From Camelus dromedarius (Eukaryota): a stretch of DNA of 64,000 nt. The stretch's first letter is position 1. Every line of letters begins with the position of its first letter. A model generated the notes under the pieces. It was not told the origin of the DNA and searched no databases. It saw only the letters and a list, made by a program, of their open reading frames with translations. Below, one piece after another: positions 63,184 to 64,000 of the stretch. The position numbers and the translations under genes are program-made. The stretch is taken from NCBI RefSeq assembly GCF_036321535.1, contig NC_087445.1:78616001-78680000 (forward strand), given 5' to 3'.

Positions 63184-63348
<165 letters not shown>

Positions 63349-64000
63349 TCAAAACATTACAGTCGGAACCTGCATGAGGTACAAGAATGAGCAGGAATGG
63401 CCCCTTCAGACTAAGAGTGGCCAGCAGGCGAAGGGCAGTCCACCCCAGAAAGCAGGAAGATGTGCCAGAGCTGGTCCTTCCCCCCTGCGACTGTGTGAGG
63501 AGGTATGAGGCTCCACTTCCTCTCCGCTCAAGACGAACCATAAGAAGAGCCACAGGACTGCCGGCGGCTAAGCAGTAGGTCTGCGTGCTGATACATCCAG
63601 TCCAAAACCACCATCCCACCAGAGCCTGGGAGGGGGCCCAGGCTGAGACCAAGTATCCAGAAGGTTTCAACTGGTGTTTACTTATTATGCTGGGCGGTTG
63701 CTACACAGGTACTCAATTGTTCATTCTATTTTTTGTCGGCCTAAAACGTCCCAGGTAAGTTTTAAAGGAGGCCATCAGTGCAACGGTCACTGAGTTAGGA
63801 GGGATCTGAGCTAATGGGGAAGCCCACCCCACCCTAGTTAGAAACAGAACATCCCTCCTGTAGGAAGGGCAGGACCGGTCCCTCAAATGGACGAATCTCA
63901 CTCTTGCCTAGAAATCTTTTTTTTCCAAAATCTGAACCGGTTTTACCTTCGTCTGACCGCCTCTGCTCCTCTCCTACCAGAAGCTTCTGCCGCTGGTGAT

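Overview
Mammalian, GC-rich genomic DNA, most likely from a camelid (inferred from a tRNA-Ala-derived SINE resembling the camelid Vic-1 family). Gene order matches human 9q34.3: PNPLA7 (minus; 20 coding exons, 37679 to 1921, continuing off the left edge), MRPL41 (plus; single coding exon 39291-39698) sharing a CpG island with PNPLA7, DPH7 (minus; 9 exons, about 53700 to 41573) and ZMYND19 (minus; exons 2-6, exon 1 off the right edge). I traced every exon by hand: GT-AG boundaries are canonical and phases are consistent. Introns hold three young 5'-truncated L1 copies (one with a 679-codon ORF2 remnant), two SINEs, an MLT1 LTR, and L2, MER2, MER58, ERV1-like and old L1M relics. There is no CRISPR array or prokaryotic system, and I found no convincing wholly new multi-gene system. 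The strongest anomalies are: (1) DPH7 exon 1 has no in-frame ATG, and the only nearby ATG is 1 nt out of frame; (2) two neighbouring L1 copies are near-identical in ORF2 but carry different 3'UTR subfamily signatures; (3) the N-runs are base-exact masks of homologous L1 sequence rather than estimated gaps; (4) the PNPLA7 5' end and shared promoter have unusual architecture. Orthology calls rest on recalled protein and repeat consensus sequences, not on database searches.
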